Assembly: GCF_006345805.1 (NCBI RefSeq)
Contig: NC_043001.1
Coordinates: forward strand, 36,208,001-36,272,000
Direction of reading: 5' to 3'
Origin: Octopus sinensis
Lineage: Eukaryota
Length of the DNA: 64,000 bases
In this document: in pieces, positions 1-13,389 of the stretch
Position numbering within the stretch: position 1 is the stretch's first letter
Layout of the letters: every line of letters begins with the position of its first letter
Notes under the pieces: model-generated
Told to the model about the DNA's origin: nothing
What the model saw: only the letters and a program-made list of their open reading frames with translations
Databases searched by the model: none
Position numbers and translations under genes: made by a program

Positions 1-370
1 AATAATTAGCATAATCAAGAACAATCACAACGGTCACATGACACCAACACAATTTAATAAGAATCCCAAATCCAGAGTCTGTCCAAAAAATACCTGGTCT
101 CCTACAACAGTACGCCAACCAACTGGTGTGACTGCAATGTTGTTTATGAGTGACTGTGATCACCCTAATAAAAGTTACTGCACAACATGTCATGCTAGAG
201 ACAACGTATTTTTAGTGCATCTGGGGATTTGTTGTAGGTTGAACGATGTAGAACTTGGAAGGACAAGTGTTTGTGTGGAATTCCATTTCAAATTTGGGAA
301 AAGAAAACTTTTGTAGAGACGAATTTAATGTTGTAGCAAAGCCCCCGGGGAATATTTTTGTGCTATACAC

Positions 371-513
371 AATGTGCTTGCTTACCAGCCACATGATTCT
401 GGGTTCAGTCCCACTGCGTGGCACCTCTGGCGAGTGTCATCTATTATAGCCTCGGACCGACCAAAACCTTGTGTGTGGATTTGGTAGACGGAATCTAAAA
501 GAAGCCTGTCGTT

Positions 514-554
<41 letters not shown>

Positions 555-772
555 TGTGTTGTGTGTGTGTTTGTGTGTCTATGTTTGTCGCCCCAACATC
601 GCTTGACGATAGATGCTGGTGTGTTTATGTCCCCATAACGTAGCGGTTCGGAGAAAGAGACCGATAGAATAAGTACTAGGCTTACAAAGAATAAGTCCTG
701 GGATTGATTTGCTCAACTAAAGACGGTGCTCCAGCATGGCCACAGTCAAATGACTGAAACAAATAAAAGAAT
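371..772 (+). mobile_element. tRNA-derived SINE, family A, 5'-degenerate, with internal (TG)n
   Basis: Matches the copies at 25021, 27945, 42505 and 57008: gggttcagtcccactgcgtggcac B-box region, ccgaccaaa..cttgtg..tggatttggtagacggaa body, cagcatggcc.cagtcaaatgactgaaaca tail. Confidence 0.9.
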
Positions 773-1089
773 GAGTGGTATCAACGTTTCACATTTGCAA
801 GAACATCTACCGAGATGATCCTCAATCGAGACGAATTTCCCCAACAATAGACAACAAACAGATTTGCAAAAGAACTTGCTTTGATCCCTGAAAATCGTCT
901 GACTTTAACTGAAATATTAAGCATTTGTAGAACTTCGTACTGCGTAATTTTAAAAGAAAATTGAAGACGTATCTTATCGTAAAATTTGTTCCGTGTCTGC
1001 TAGTTAATAAACAAAAAGAGAACCGAGACACAAACACGAGTTGTTTGAGCATTCGAATATTGAAGAACATTTTCTGAAAAGGGTCGTAA

Positions 1090-1485
1090 TCTCTCTCTAT
1101 ATATATAAAGCTGAAGTTGTCTGTATATGGCAGGTTTGGTAGCCTTTAACTAACACTATCTCCTCCGAGACCCTGTGGCGCAAGTTGACCAAATTTAAAA
1201 GTATGATAGAAGAAGGCTTGCTCTTCCTTCAGTAGCAGAAAAAATTCAAATCGGACCATGTTAACACCAAAAATTATTTACCTCAAAAAGGTGCTCTTTT
1301 TCTGTGAATATCCCTATCTTTTACGATTTTTTGACTGCTGTGTCACCATTTTTCGGTGTATTTCAACCAGAAAAATGTTCACTTAAAGAGAATAACAAGC
1401 TACATAATGCAAAATTTTTACTTTTCAAAAATTCTGATTCTAAAGGGTCGAAAAAAACCCGAGCAATGCCGGACGATACTGCTAG
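1090..1485 (+). mobile_element. Non-autonomous Helitron, about 396 bp
   Basis: 5' TC, subterminal cccgagcaatgccgg hairpin-like motif, 3' CTAG, inserted between A (1089) and T (1486) with no TSD. Two further copies at 11190 and 27500. Confidence 0.9.
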
Positions 1486-1899
1486 TAAGTGATGAAACGT
1501 GGGTATACGTCAAGCACGTCGAAACAAAAAGGCAATTGTCGCCGCAACCGGAAAACTTAACTCATTGGACTTCAAATGTAAAGGTAGTATTGGTTGTTAT
1601 TATTGATTAGCAGGCTATCATTCATCATGAGGTTGTTGCATGTGGTCAAAGGAGGAATAAAGAATTTCTGTTGCTTTTGTTTTTGTTATTTTGTATGTTT
1701 TTTCTTTTGCTTTTTTCTCCGAGTCTTTTGAGAGAGGGTGTATGAAAGAAAACATCCGGGGTAAAGACAAACAAACCTTGGTATTACATCATGGTAATAC
1801 ACAAAACTTACATTCAGTCTGATATGTATATGCTATCACACTCACATAACACTAATATTCTCCAGATATATTCTCCAGAAATTTCCACCAAGTGACTTC

Positions 1900-2500
1900 A
1901 AACATATTTAAAATCTCTTAGAAACCTGGTTGTACAGCATCGAACTCAAAGTAGAGCATCCTAAATACACCGTCTCCTTCCCTGGCTTTAATGTAAACAT
2001 ACAACCCCCACAGAAGACTAGATGATAAGGAGTTACATGCAGAATTACAAATTCACAACACACGCAGACGATACAGTAAAGTAAAACAATGCACAAACAT
2101 ACATAAAGTAAACACAGATATCATATTTAGCGAATACAATATCTTAGAACGCAATAATATATTAGATCTGCCATGTATTATTTCAGTTCTACCAGAGCTC
2201 CCAGTCGATTCACAAACCACAGTAAAATACACGGAAGACGAAACACCGCACAAGAGTTTGTATACAGACCACATCCAACGACTACCTACACACAAAATCA
2301 AAAATGCAAAAATATAAAGAAATCACCTGGATGTCCGCAATTACTGCAACATGCGCATACCTGCCACAAAACGGTAATGGTTGCAGCATCAGTTGTTTTT
2401 TCAATTCGTGAAAGACTTTGTTGCGATGAAGACGATATTCTACGAAAGTTAGCGCAAGGAACACCAAGTGGGCGATGTGTACTTGGTCACATTCTGGCCG
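1900..2500 (+). mobile_element. Possible very old CR1/L2-type LINE endonuclease fragment
   Basis: ETWLYSIELKVEHPKYTVSFPGFNV...TR**GV resembles the APE motif ETWL...PGY...R.GGGV; downstream similarity is weak. Confidence 0.35.
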
Positions 2501-2539
2501 AGTACATCTCGCCCACTTCTGCTGAAGCCACTACCGAAA

Positions 2540-2593
2540 TCTATACCACCACCACCACTACCACCACCACCACCACCACTACTACTACCACTA

Positions 2594-2644
<51 letters not shown>

Positions 2645-2940
2645 AATCTACAGGATTACTAGTGCTGCTGCTGGTTATGATGATGATGATGATGATGATA
2701 ACGATGATGATGAGGATGATGATGGTGTGATGATGATGATGATGATGATGAAAATACCGTTGCTGCTACTACTGACTGATACAACTACTACTATTGCTTC
2801 TACTGCTTCTACTGCAACTGCTATTTGTTTTTTTCTACAAATTTTCCTTGGTAGTAGTAGTAGTAGTGGTGGTGGTGGTGGTGGTGGTGGTGGTGGTAGG
2901 AGGAGGAGGAGGAGGACGACGACGACGAGGGGGACGAGGA
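2540..2940. repeat. Compound trinucleotide microsatellite (ACC/ACT/GAT/AGT/GGT/AGG/ACG)n
   Basis: Seen directly; explains the poly-T/L/M/G/R ORFs. Confidence 0.95.
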
Positions 2941-3430
2941 GGAAAATAATATTACTGGATAAGGATAAGGCTGCAAAACAAAAAAATATGGAAAAGCAAG
3001 AAATGCTCCAGAGAAATCTGAATTAACAGGTGCAATAAGAAAAACAAAAGAAGACGACAAAAACGAAGAGAAGATATGAAAGCCTTGTTGAACGAAGAAA
3101 GAGCGTATACAAGAAACCAAGTGAAGGAAATGAAAGAAACCAACAAAGAATGAAATCCTGTCATTCAGTGGCGATGGAGGAGGAGAATCCACACATTTCT
3201 TTGGCTTCCAACAGTTGGTAAAAAGATGTTGCCGCGCAATGGTTTCTTGCAATTCCGATACGCAGAAATTGTGTAGTATTTCTATGCACACGCACATATA
3301 TAGAAGGTGAGAAAGGAAATAGAGAGAAGGGGAGAGAGAGAGAGAGAGGGGGAGAGAGAGAAGGAGAGAAAGAGAGAATGTGAAGAAAGATATAAAAGAT
3401 GTAGATGGATAAAAAAAAACTGTGTGCGTG

Positions 3431-3472
<42 letters not shown>

Positions 3473-3559
3473 TATATATTTATACTTACATATAAAAATA
3501 TATATATACAAATATTATATACACATCCACACACACATATATGTATATATACAAATATC

Positions 3560-3601
<42 letters not shown>

Positions 3602-3603
3602 GG

Positions 3604-3686
3604 GGGCGTAGGAGTGGGTGTGTGGTAAGAAGTTTGCTTCCCAAACACATGCTTCCGGGTTCAGTCCCGCTGCATGGCACCTTGAG
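3604..3686 (+). mobile_element. SINE family A, tRNA-like head only
   Basis: ggcgtaggagtgggtgtgtggtaagaag...ccgggttcagtcccgctgcatggcaccttg matches the family A 5' end. Confidence 0.8.
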
Positions 3687-3699
3687 TCGGATGATGATA

Positions 3700-3985
3700 A
3701 ATATCTAGATGATATTTCTCATCCTCTAGAGAAATATCTAAAAAGGGTCCCCACATTAGAAGACTACATGATAGTGGTTCACAGATGAAATCTTTATAAC
3801 CCCCTCACCTCCTCAGACATTTAGTCGTAAGAATAAGTCCCCAAACTTTATGGTTCATCCGCCTTTCTCCCCAGATGTTAAGACAAATATAGGTAGAAGA
3901 TTCTTACACTTATTAGATATTTACTTCCCTAACAACTATAGGTATAGTAAGATATTTAATAGGCACACGATTAAAATCACTTTTT
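3700..3985 (+). mobile_element. Penelope-like retroelement ORF fragment (post-RT region)
   Basis: MVHPPFSPDVKTNIGRRFLHLLDIYFPNNYRYSKIFNRHTIKITFS matches the PLE motif I recall as WFNPP.S.NV.TNIG..FL.L..KHFP..H...KIFNR.T.K.SYS. Confidence 0.75.
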
Positions 3986-4339
3986 CTATTTCTCTTAGTG
4001 TGAGTAAACAACCAATGACACAAACCTGTTTTACTTACGTTTTTTTGTATGTGTGGGTGGTGCTTTATAGAATCTTGAGCAGGTTGCACTATTTGGGACT
4101 GGTGGAACTATTTGAATGGTACCTACCTGTTGTGTTGGTAGATCAAGGAAGTAGTTGTATTGGAAAGGAGAATAGAGGACGCAGCCATTAAGAACTAAAT
4201 GTTTTGCTTAATGGACTTAGGTTTCCCAAACGGTCACTCATCTAAGTTCATCTAGATTGGACGTTACTCGAACTGCGGCGCTCGGACGAGAACTGATGAT
4301 CTCAACATGATATGGATACTGATCATACATACATGCAGC

Positions 4340-4375
<36 letters not shown>

Positions 4376-4401
4376 CATATATATATTCATAAAAATACTA
4401 T

Positions 4402-4455
<54 letters not shown>

Positions 4456-4478
4456 ATATATATATACATGTACGTAAG

Positions 4479-4521
<43 letters not shown>

Positions 4522-5017
4522 CATATACAAACATGCATATATAAATGACGAAAGGCTAGCGTTTTAAAACTAATTACTGAAATCAACTACTAATATTCAC
4601 TGAGAAAGAATTTGAAACTTTATGTATATAATTAATTAATTAGAAACCTAATTAATAATATATATGCACGCAAGACACTCCACGCACACGCGCACATAAA
4701 CACGCTAATACTGAGAAGACAGAAGGAAAGGAGAAAAAGAGTGGCGGTTAGAGGAGAAGGAGGACGAGATAAGTAAGATGTACATAGAAGCGCCTCTCTC
4801 TAAAGATGTGCGCATACCAATATTTGAATAAGTATCTCCGAGGATAACTGTTTGCATAAAAAGGAAAACTATACGAGTTCAAACAAAGTTTTATACATTT
4901 ACAAATACATACATTTATGGTATTTCAAATACGTGTGTTTATATGAATTCATACGTACATAATATACACATATATATATGTTTGTATATATGTATGTATG
5001 GACGTATGTATGTTTAA

Positions 5018-5057
<40 letters not shown>

Positions 5058-5225
5058 TATAAAAAGGTGCTTACGTTTCTGTGTATGTACGTATGTATAT
5101 GTATAAATGTATATACATATGAACATATGTTTATATTTGTGTGTGCATGGGTGTTAACACATCATACACGTATATGCTTGTGATTATATCTATATTTATG
5201 TCTATCTTTCTATAGGCATATATAG

Positions 5226-5351
<126 letters not shown>

Positions 5352-5509
5352 TTCTATATACATACATTTATATATATATATACAGGAAGAGAGAAAGAGA
5401 GAGAGAGAAATGTATAGATAGACATGAAAATATAGATGCACACACACACACACACATATATATTATTTATAAACATACATGTGTGACTACGTATGTATAT
5501 GTGGGTGTG

Positions 5510-5960
5510 CATATATGTGTGCGTGTGTGTGCGTGCGCTCGATATGTGTGTGTCTAAAGAACAGAAGTTTCAATTAAACTTCAAAAATTAGAAATGTCAA
5601 ACGACCAACTTGTACTCCGCTTCAAAAATCTCATTCTCTATTTGCTTTTAAGTTTTCTCTGATAATATCACGTATATTCACACATCTTGAAATAGATACC
5701 CACCCTACCTACAAAAGAAATTTGCCCTATCCCAGTTCCGAAAAATAAACGCTATTTCGGAAAATTATTAAGCTTTGATCTTCGATTTGACCCTGTTAAT
5801 TAAAGTATGTTTAAAGGTCACACGATGGAATATTGATTTCATAAAGAAAATTGTCCGTTGGCTTAGCCTTTTGTTTGTTTATTTTAACCTCCCTCTTTTC
5901 CCTTTCTCTCTTTATACCTGTACACACGCACACGCACACACACATACACTCACATATGCA

Positions 5961-6010
<50 letters not shown>

Positions 6011-6607
6011 ATGTATGTATATGTGTACGTATGTATGTATGTATGTATGTATCTATGTGTGTGCATATAGATCTGTATGTATTCGTATACATTTAGTTGT
6101 TTGCATGTATGTGCCTGTGTCTAAATTCACACATGCGAATACGTGTTGTGTGTGTGCGTGTGTGTGCGTGTGCGCTCGATGTGTGTGTCTAAAGAACAGA
6201 AGTTTCATTAAACTTCAAAAATTAGAAATGTCAAACGACCAACTTGTACTCTCGCTTCAAAAATCTCATTCTCTATTTGCTTTTAAGTTTTCTCTGATAA
6301 TATCACGTATATCACACATCTTGAATAGATACCCACCCTACCTACACAAGAAATTTGCCCTATCCCAGTTCCGAAAAATAAACGCTATTCGGAATTATTA
6401 AGCTTTGATCTTCGATTTGACCCTGTTATTACAGTATGTTTAAAGGTCACACGATGGAATATTGATTTCATAAAGAAAATTGTCCGTTGGCTTAGCCTTT
6501 TGTTTGTTTATTTTAACCTCCCTCTTTTCCCTTTCTCTCTTTATACCTGTACACACGCACACGCACACAACATACATTCACATATGCACGTACACACACA
6601 CACACAA

Positions 6608-6661
<54 letters not shown>

Positions 6662-6800
6662 GTATGTATATGTGTACGTATGTATGTATGTATGTATGTA
6701 GTATTATGTGTGCATATAGATCTGTATGTATTCGTATAGATTTAGTTGTTTGCATGTATGTGCGTGTGTCTAAATTCACACATGCAAATACGCGTGTGTG
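5510..6800. repeat. Local tandem duplication, two units of about 630 bp
   Basis: ctaaagaacagaag at about 5554 and 6189; gtccgttggcttagcc at about 5853 and 6482; the unique parts are nearly identical. Confidence 0.95.
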
Positions 6801-6907
6801 TGTGAACGTGTGTGTGTGTGTGCGATTGTGCGTGTGAATATGTGTACAAACTATTTGAGTATAAATACCGATGTACACACACTAATACATGTTTCATATA
6901 TATATAT

Positions 6908-6941
<34 letters not shown>

Positions 6942-7759
6942 GTATATTATAATATTATACATATATATATATATGAATAACTGTGTATGTGTTTATATAT
7001 ATATATACACATGCATACACAGTTATTCATATATATTTATATAAGTTTATATATTTAAGCACACGCATACAAGTTGCATGCGTGTGTTTGTGTGCTTGTC
7101 CGTGTTTATGGGTATATAATTGTGTGAGTACGAGGAAATGAGAGAAGGGGAGAAAGGGATAGAGACGAGGGAGAGATGAGTAGGGAGAGAGAAAGGAGAG
7201 GGAGAAAGAGAGGAGTGATAGAGAGAATGGGGAGAGAGTGGATGGAGAGAGAGATATTCTGTCTTTATGTGTACCTGTGCGTGTTTGTGCTCGCGCTGAA
7301 AGTTGATATGATTTGAACTATATAATGTGTGCATTCATATATGCATTTATGCATGTATGATTGCATATGTGTATGCATGTGTGTATGTATTTATGTATGT
7401 GGAGTTCTGAGTTAGAATACCTTGATGTCGGAGCAGCAGTCACTGGTGGAACGGTTACACTGTCTTTCACCATAACTGCTTCCCCTAAAAATCAAGCTTA
7501 ATGAAAAACAAGGACATTTAGAGAAGTTAGGTGCCCTCAATCATTTCCCGCTGCCCACTGAAAGACCATGATATATACACAGTCAAATAATGATATGCCG
7601 AATTGTTGAGGCTGAGGGCAACAACGACCTCACCCGCTACTGTTAGTAGCTTGAGTGTAAGCGATCCCTCGACGGCTGGAGGACTAACTACAAAACCATT
7701 GATATAGACAAGTAGCAATCTCACCAGAGAATACATAAGGATGTCCGTCCCAGTAATTC

Positions 7760-9790
7760 ATGTGGAAAGACGAAACAACTTACTCTTGAAATAGCCAAAT
7801 ACACGTGGAGACATTTCAGGGCTAGATGAAATGAGATTAACTGGATGTGAAAACATCTAGTCATCTACGGGAAGCAACTTCAAATTTTGCTGCAGCGGTG
7901 ACGATGTCAGACGCCAACTTGATGTAGGATTCGTCAGATAAAGCTTTAAGTTTTTGTCGTATGTGTTTCCTCAAAATCGCAGAGCATCTCATCATTTAAA
8001 TCTATGCCGCAACACTTTAATATGACGTCAAAGCAACTGAACAATTTTATGACGATTAAGAGAAAAGCACTCAATTCAGATCCAAAAGTAACTCGCGAAA
8101 ACTGAACTATACCTGTACGCTTATGTCCATAGGGCAGGAACAGTGAGACGTTTTAGAATTGGAGAAACAAATAAGTGTAGGCAGGGATTTTAAAACTTGC
8201 CAGCAGTATATCTTAGCCAGTCTGATGTTCCAACACAAAATCTGTCCAGGGAACATTTCACGCACCTAATAGTGAGAGTCAAAACTAGATCGACTTTGTT
8301 GTCTTACCTTAAATACATTGGTCTCAAATTTTGGCACAAAGCCAGCAATTTCGGGGGAAGGATTAAGTCGATTACATCAACCCCAGCGTTCGACTGTTGC
8401 TTATTTTATCGACCCGAAATGGTGAAAAGTAAAATCGATTTCGGTGGAATGTAAAATGGTCGAAATACCGCTAAGCATTTCGCCCGACATGTTTAAGGAT
8501 TCTACCATCTCGCCGCCTTTCACACCTTAAATATATTTATAAGACCAATACCAAAACCTTTAATGGTATGCATGTCGCAAAAGATCACGGAATTGATGAC
8601 ACTAAATTCCTAGCTGAAATAAATATAAAAGCAAAGAAAAACCTAACGTATACGATTTGAAAGGGATCGAGAAGTTATAGCAGGTATTGTAGTCATTTCT
8701 GCAGTCTTTAACTCACTAAAAGGTATCAACTTTCTGACTGTAGATATAAAGGAATTAAGCGGTGAAACGACTTTAGAGGTGCTTAAAAGAGGGGAAAAAA
8801 CACAAACTAAACCAACATCCTGCACCTATGTGATACACGGTGTGACCCGAAGAAGATCAAAGTAACAAATCCAAAAGCAAATCAGCAATATGGCACGGTG
8901 AATAAGAAGATGAAAAAGAAAATTAAAGAATCAAAGGAATAATGAATAACAAACTAGTGTAATAAATTTGAGTTAGGATAAAAGATAGCAATAGTAAAGC
9001 TTTTTTGTAGATGCTGAAATTCGAACAAAACTGAAGCCATCTACCGCTGCTGTCGTTGAGGATCAAAAGACTCCCTCGCAGGCAAGACATCTGTCGTCAG
9101 AGAATGATCTGATTATTCCAAGGAACGCTAAATAATCAAGATATCAGCATCCTGGGAAATGTCACCTCTAACAAAGGGAGAACTTGAGGATACTCCAACG
9201 GACAAGAAGTAAGGCGAAAAGGCAGTGTGCAAGCTCAGAAAAGTAGAATCACCGGGTGTTTGTAATATAACAGAGTTTCTGGAACGAAAGAGAGGTCGAA
9301 CGCATTAAGACAAAGACTGGTGTTTTCCAAGGATATTTAAATTCAAGCAGTGGCCAAATTATAGTCCCAATCCTTGGTCATACACTTTCTCCACAAAAGG
9401 TAACTTGAGATTGCCAGAATTACAAAATCACCAGTTAGATCGGCCATTTCAGTAAAGTACTGTTGACTGTTCTCCTAAACAGACTTAAGTGGAAGACAGA
9501 AGTGCTAACAGAAGAACGGGCAAGATTGAAATAAAAGAGGAAATATTTGACATCAAATTGCTGATCAAGAAACATCTTGGACACCAATGCAACAATGCAA
9601 CTTTTACCAAAACAGCACTGATTTCAAAAAGCTTTCCCCAGTAATTGAGATGGGAATCTTTGGCAAGTCATGCGGGATTTCAATTTTGACAGCAACTTCA
9701 TCTAAGTTATTTACAAAAATTCGAGCGGCATCTATCCCTTGAACAGCAACATTGAAACTAAAAGCTATGGAAAACAAAGCAATGGCCAAA
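7760..9790 (+). mobile_element. Decayed RTE-clade LINE (APE endonuclease through RT start), interrupted by a SINE
   Basis: GDISGLDEMRLTGCE and SGDDVRRQLDVGF (EN). The 9360-9530 region is collinear with WTQSLVIPLPKKGNL..CQNY.TISLI.H.SKVLL..LLNRLK....L.EEQAGF. Many stops and frameshifts. Confidence 0.7.
8310..8520 (-). mobile_element. tRNA-derived SINE, family B
   Basis: Reverse complement begins aaggcggcgagatggtagaatc and carries the ttcggg-tcgataaaat core and the ccttgtgccaaaattt tail variant. Confidence 0.75.
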
Positions 9791-10749
9791 AGATTGGACA
9801 CAAAACTTGATGATGACCTTTCATCAAAAGACATCTTAATTCTGGCAGTCTTAAGTTCTCATTTGGAGAAGAAGTATAACCAAAGATTGGATCCATTCTT
9901 TTCGCCACTCCTTTATTTTCCATGTCCTTAGGATAACAGCTAGAGATTGTCACTGTCACATGCTCATTAGTAATTTTCAATATCTTCCAGGAAAACAGCA
10001 AGAAATATTTCGAGACTTCCAAAACTTCCGTTTCCATCGAATTATTTGCCTTTGGTATAAAGTCACATACTGTAGGAGAGGGGAAATTGTCGATTAAATC
10101 ACTCTGGAAATTAATATCCACACACCGATGTTAGAAATCCAAATTATCATATGGTGATTGCAATATATTCGAGAGAAGTTCACGAGCAGAGGCTGGAAGA
10201 TGGTTTCAGTTCTAACCGAAACCGTTTCACTTCCACACCAACTCGTATGGACATGGTGTCCCGCTTTACTCCGCCCTAACCTTCTAAATCCGAACGTCAT
10301 CCATTTGCAAATTAGACACATAACACCAATCTTGCATTGCTTCCCTGAAAGGGACCGCAGAGATATTCTCCCATGAGAAGAATTCTAATATTGCTTCTCT
10401 CAAAATCCCAAATAAATAATCATTGCACATATCAAGGAAACATTCGTCCACAGCACCGTCACAAAATCCAATCACGAACCCCAAAGTTTCCATAACGGTT
10501 CATCATCAGCGAGGATCATTCCAAACAGTCTCATATCCTGAACATATCGAAGACTGAGCTTACGCTTCAGAATCAGAAGTACTTCAGCTTCAAACAAGTA
10601 CTAACGCTCTATAAAGTTCAAGTGTGACACGTAGTTGCTCTAACATTTGGGGGCAGTTACAAAACACAGAGACATGTTTTGTAGTGTTCCCCACCATAAA
10701 AATAGAAACGAAAAGAAAGAAAGAAAGAAACACAGAAAGAAAGAAAGAC

Positions 10750-10783
<34 letters not shown>

Positions 10784-11189
10784 GCCATTAACTCAGAGTC
10801 TCTTCACTCCACTTAACCTGCCGCTATGATATTGGCTGCTACATCTCGGATCTGGCTCATCTCGTACTATCTCCACTCAAACTCATCCTAGTGACTCACT
10901 TTTCCGCTTCTCATCACCATTTATGTTGAAGCACTCATCCTAGCCCTTCGCTAATCATTCATCGAATTATTCTTCTCCAAAATACCAAATCGCTGGCTCC
11001 TTCTTTGCTCATGTTTGTTTTGTTTCTTTTTAGTCACCCCATTGATTTACCCGGTTTCGGAAGGTCTACGAATAATTAAAAAAAAACAACAACTTAATTC
11101 TCTATTCTTTACATGTAAATGACTCTAGACAAAATTCATTCCGTCATAGGTTTGCTCGATGAGGGTCTAAATTTAGATTTAAACTACAG

Positions 11190-11583
11190 CTAGCAGTATC
11201 GCCCGGCGTTGCTCGGGTTTGCTTCGACCCTTTAGAATTGGAATTTTTGAAAAGTAAAAATTTTGCATTATGTAGCTTGTTATTCTCTTTAAGTGAACAT
11301 TTTTCTGGTTGAAATACACCGAAAAATAGCGACACAGCAGTAAAAAAATCGTAAAACATAGGGATTTTCATAGAAAAAAAGCACCTTTTTGATGTAAATA
11401 ATTTTTGATGTTAACATGATCCGATTTGAATTTTTTCTTCTACGGAATAAAGAGCAAGCCTTCTTCTATCATACTTTAAAATTTGGTCAACTTGCACCGC
11501 AGGGTCTCGGAGGAGATAGTGTTAGTTGAAGGCTACCAAACCTGCCATACACAGACAACTTCAGCTTTATACATAGAGAGAGA
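11190..11583 (-). mobile_element. Non-autonomous Helitron (same family as 1090-1485)
   Basis: On the minus strand: 5' TC, cccgagcaacgccgggcg hairpin, 3' CTAG; full-length similarity to the other copies. Confidence 0.9.
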
Positions 11584-12500
11584 TTACAGCAGCAACAAGT
11601 ACAAAGACAATGATTAGTACTTATTTTACGGATAATGTAATAGGAAAGGCTAATACCAGAGACTCATAACCGACAAAACTTACAAACCATAACCCACAAG
11701 AGCCAAATAACAACGATGACATATATATAGATAAAACAAAACGAAGCGCAACAACAGCTAAAATCTTCTCATCCCCCATCTCTCTCCTTTACAAACAGTC
11801 GGAATTCAAACGACTTATCATAACGAATTATTAGGTTATCAAGTCCTCTGTGATCTTTCAAGCTTAGTCAAATCCATCAGAATTCCTCAACTAATCGCAA
11901 ATATTCCATTAAGTGTGACTTGTTGGTCGATTAACAATCCAAAAGGGGATCCATACCATGAATAGTAACTAGCTACCATAAACCACTTCCCTCGAGGAAA
12001 ATGCAACGCATTTTGTTTATCTTCCATGTTTTTCTTTTAGTTATTAATCTTTCCTTTTTATCCTGTTTTTTTTTGTCTTTTCTTTTTTTTTCTTTATCGC
12101 CTATTTATTTTATTTTTAATCATCCGACAAGTATTCTTCGGAGAATTACTAAAGCTTCTCGCCCCATTGCAATTCCGAAGAATTTTTATGCATTTGTTGT
12201 TTCCTTTTGTGTTCTTGTGTTTTGTCTTGTTTGCCGCCTCGAAGAGCAAGCAAAAAACGAGATAGGATGTTTTAATACTCTTTAAAAAGCTTTGTGGAAC
12301 GCTGACATGAAATGCCTTCGTTTTGATTCGTTGGTCTGATTACAGAGAAACTGACGGCTCCTCAGTCTACTAACGCTGATACATCCACATACACATACCG
12401 CATATACAGCGCCATGTTGAAACATCGTGACTTGAATACTGACAGTATATCTATACGCAAGTACAAGCATACACACACAGATGTATATCAATATGTATAT

Positions 12501-12622
<122 letters not shown>

Positions 12623-13149
12623 ATACATATATATATATGTATGTATGTATGTTGGTGCATTAATATTTTGATGTACACACATGTGTACATGTGAGTATAC
12701 AATTGTGAATATGAATAGTATGGTGTAAATGTACATACTGACATACATTGAAGAAAAAAGTTAAAACCGACCAGGAAATGCGGTCGGGTACATACACAAA
12801 CACAATTACGTACACACGCACATACACATACATATATACGGGCACACACATTCATCCTCATTGATGTATGTATATAAATCTGTGTGCGTGTGTGTGTCTC
12901 TGTATGTGCATGTGTGTTTGTGCGTGTGCGTGTGCATGTGTGTATGCATGTGTAGATAGATACAACTTTCCCTTTTTGTGCATAGGAATGTGTGTGTATG
13001 TATGTATATATATTAGAAGTGAACTAAACCCTTCATATTCTACATACACACACACAGATAGATAGATATATAGATAGATATACGCACGTTTCTATATATG
13101 TATATATGTATACACTCACACACATGTAAATATATATATATATATATAT

Positions 13150-13234
<85 letters not shown>

Positions 13235-13389
13235 GACGCGTCGCCTTGTGTTTAGCATGTGGAACACGATTGTAAAGTCGGGGTTTCGATGCGGAGAGCC
13301 GTCAGAGTGTTTCATTCCGAAGCAAATCACTTAATTTCACGTTTTCTCTGTTCACTCAGCTTAAAATGAGTATACTTTATACATTGCAA

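Larger units (their letters stand above)
243..1672 (+). mobile_element. Decayed mariner (Tc1/mariner, DD34D-type) transposase, interrupted by a SINE (371-772) and a Helitron (1090-1485)
   Basis: Manual translation gives collinear mariner motifs across frameshifts: VCVEFHFKFGK (about 265-300), EWYQRF (772), DDPQSRR, KFVPCLLVNKQKENR (about 982-1026), FLKRVV-I-SDETWVY (rejoined across the Helitron), ETKRQ, SNVKVVLVVIID*QAIIHHEVVACGQRRNKEF. Confidence 0.85.

Noticed and set aside
4225-4260. Possible hammerhead on the minus strand next to the PLE fragment (TAGATGA...GAAAC CTAA GTC)
   Set aside because: The core is non-canonical, stem II is only 2 bp and no stem I can be formed.
11045-11150. Hammerhead-like GGAA...TTCC-GAAAC-CGG-GTA on the minus strand
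   Set aside because: The upstream core reads CTATGAC and stem I does not pair. It could be a decayed HHR but is not supportable.
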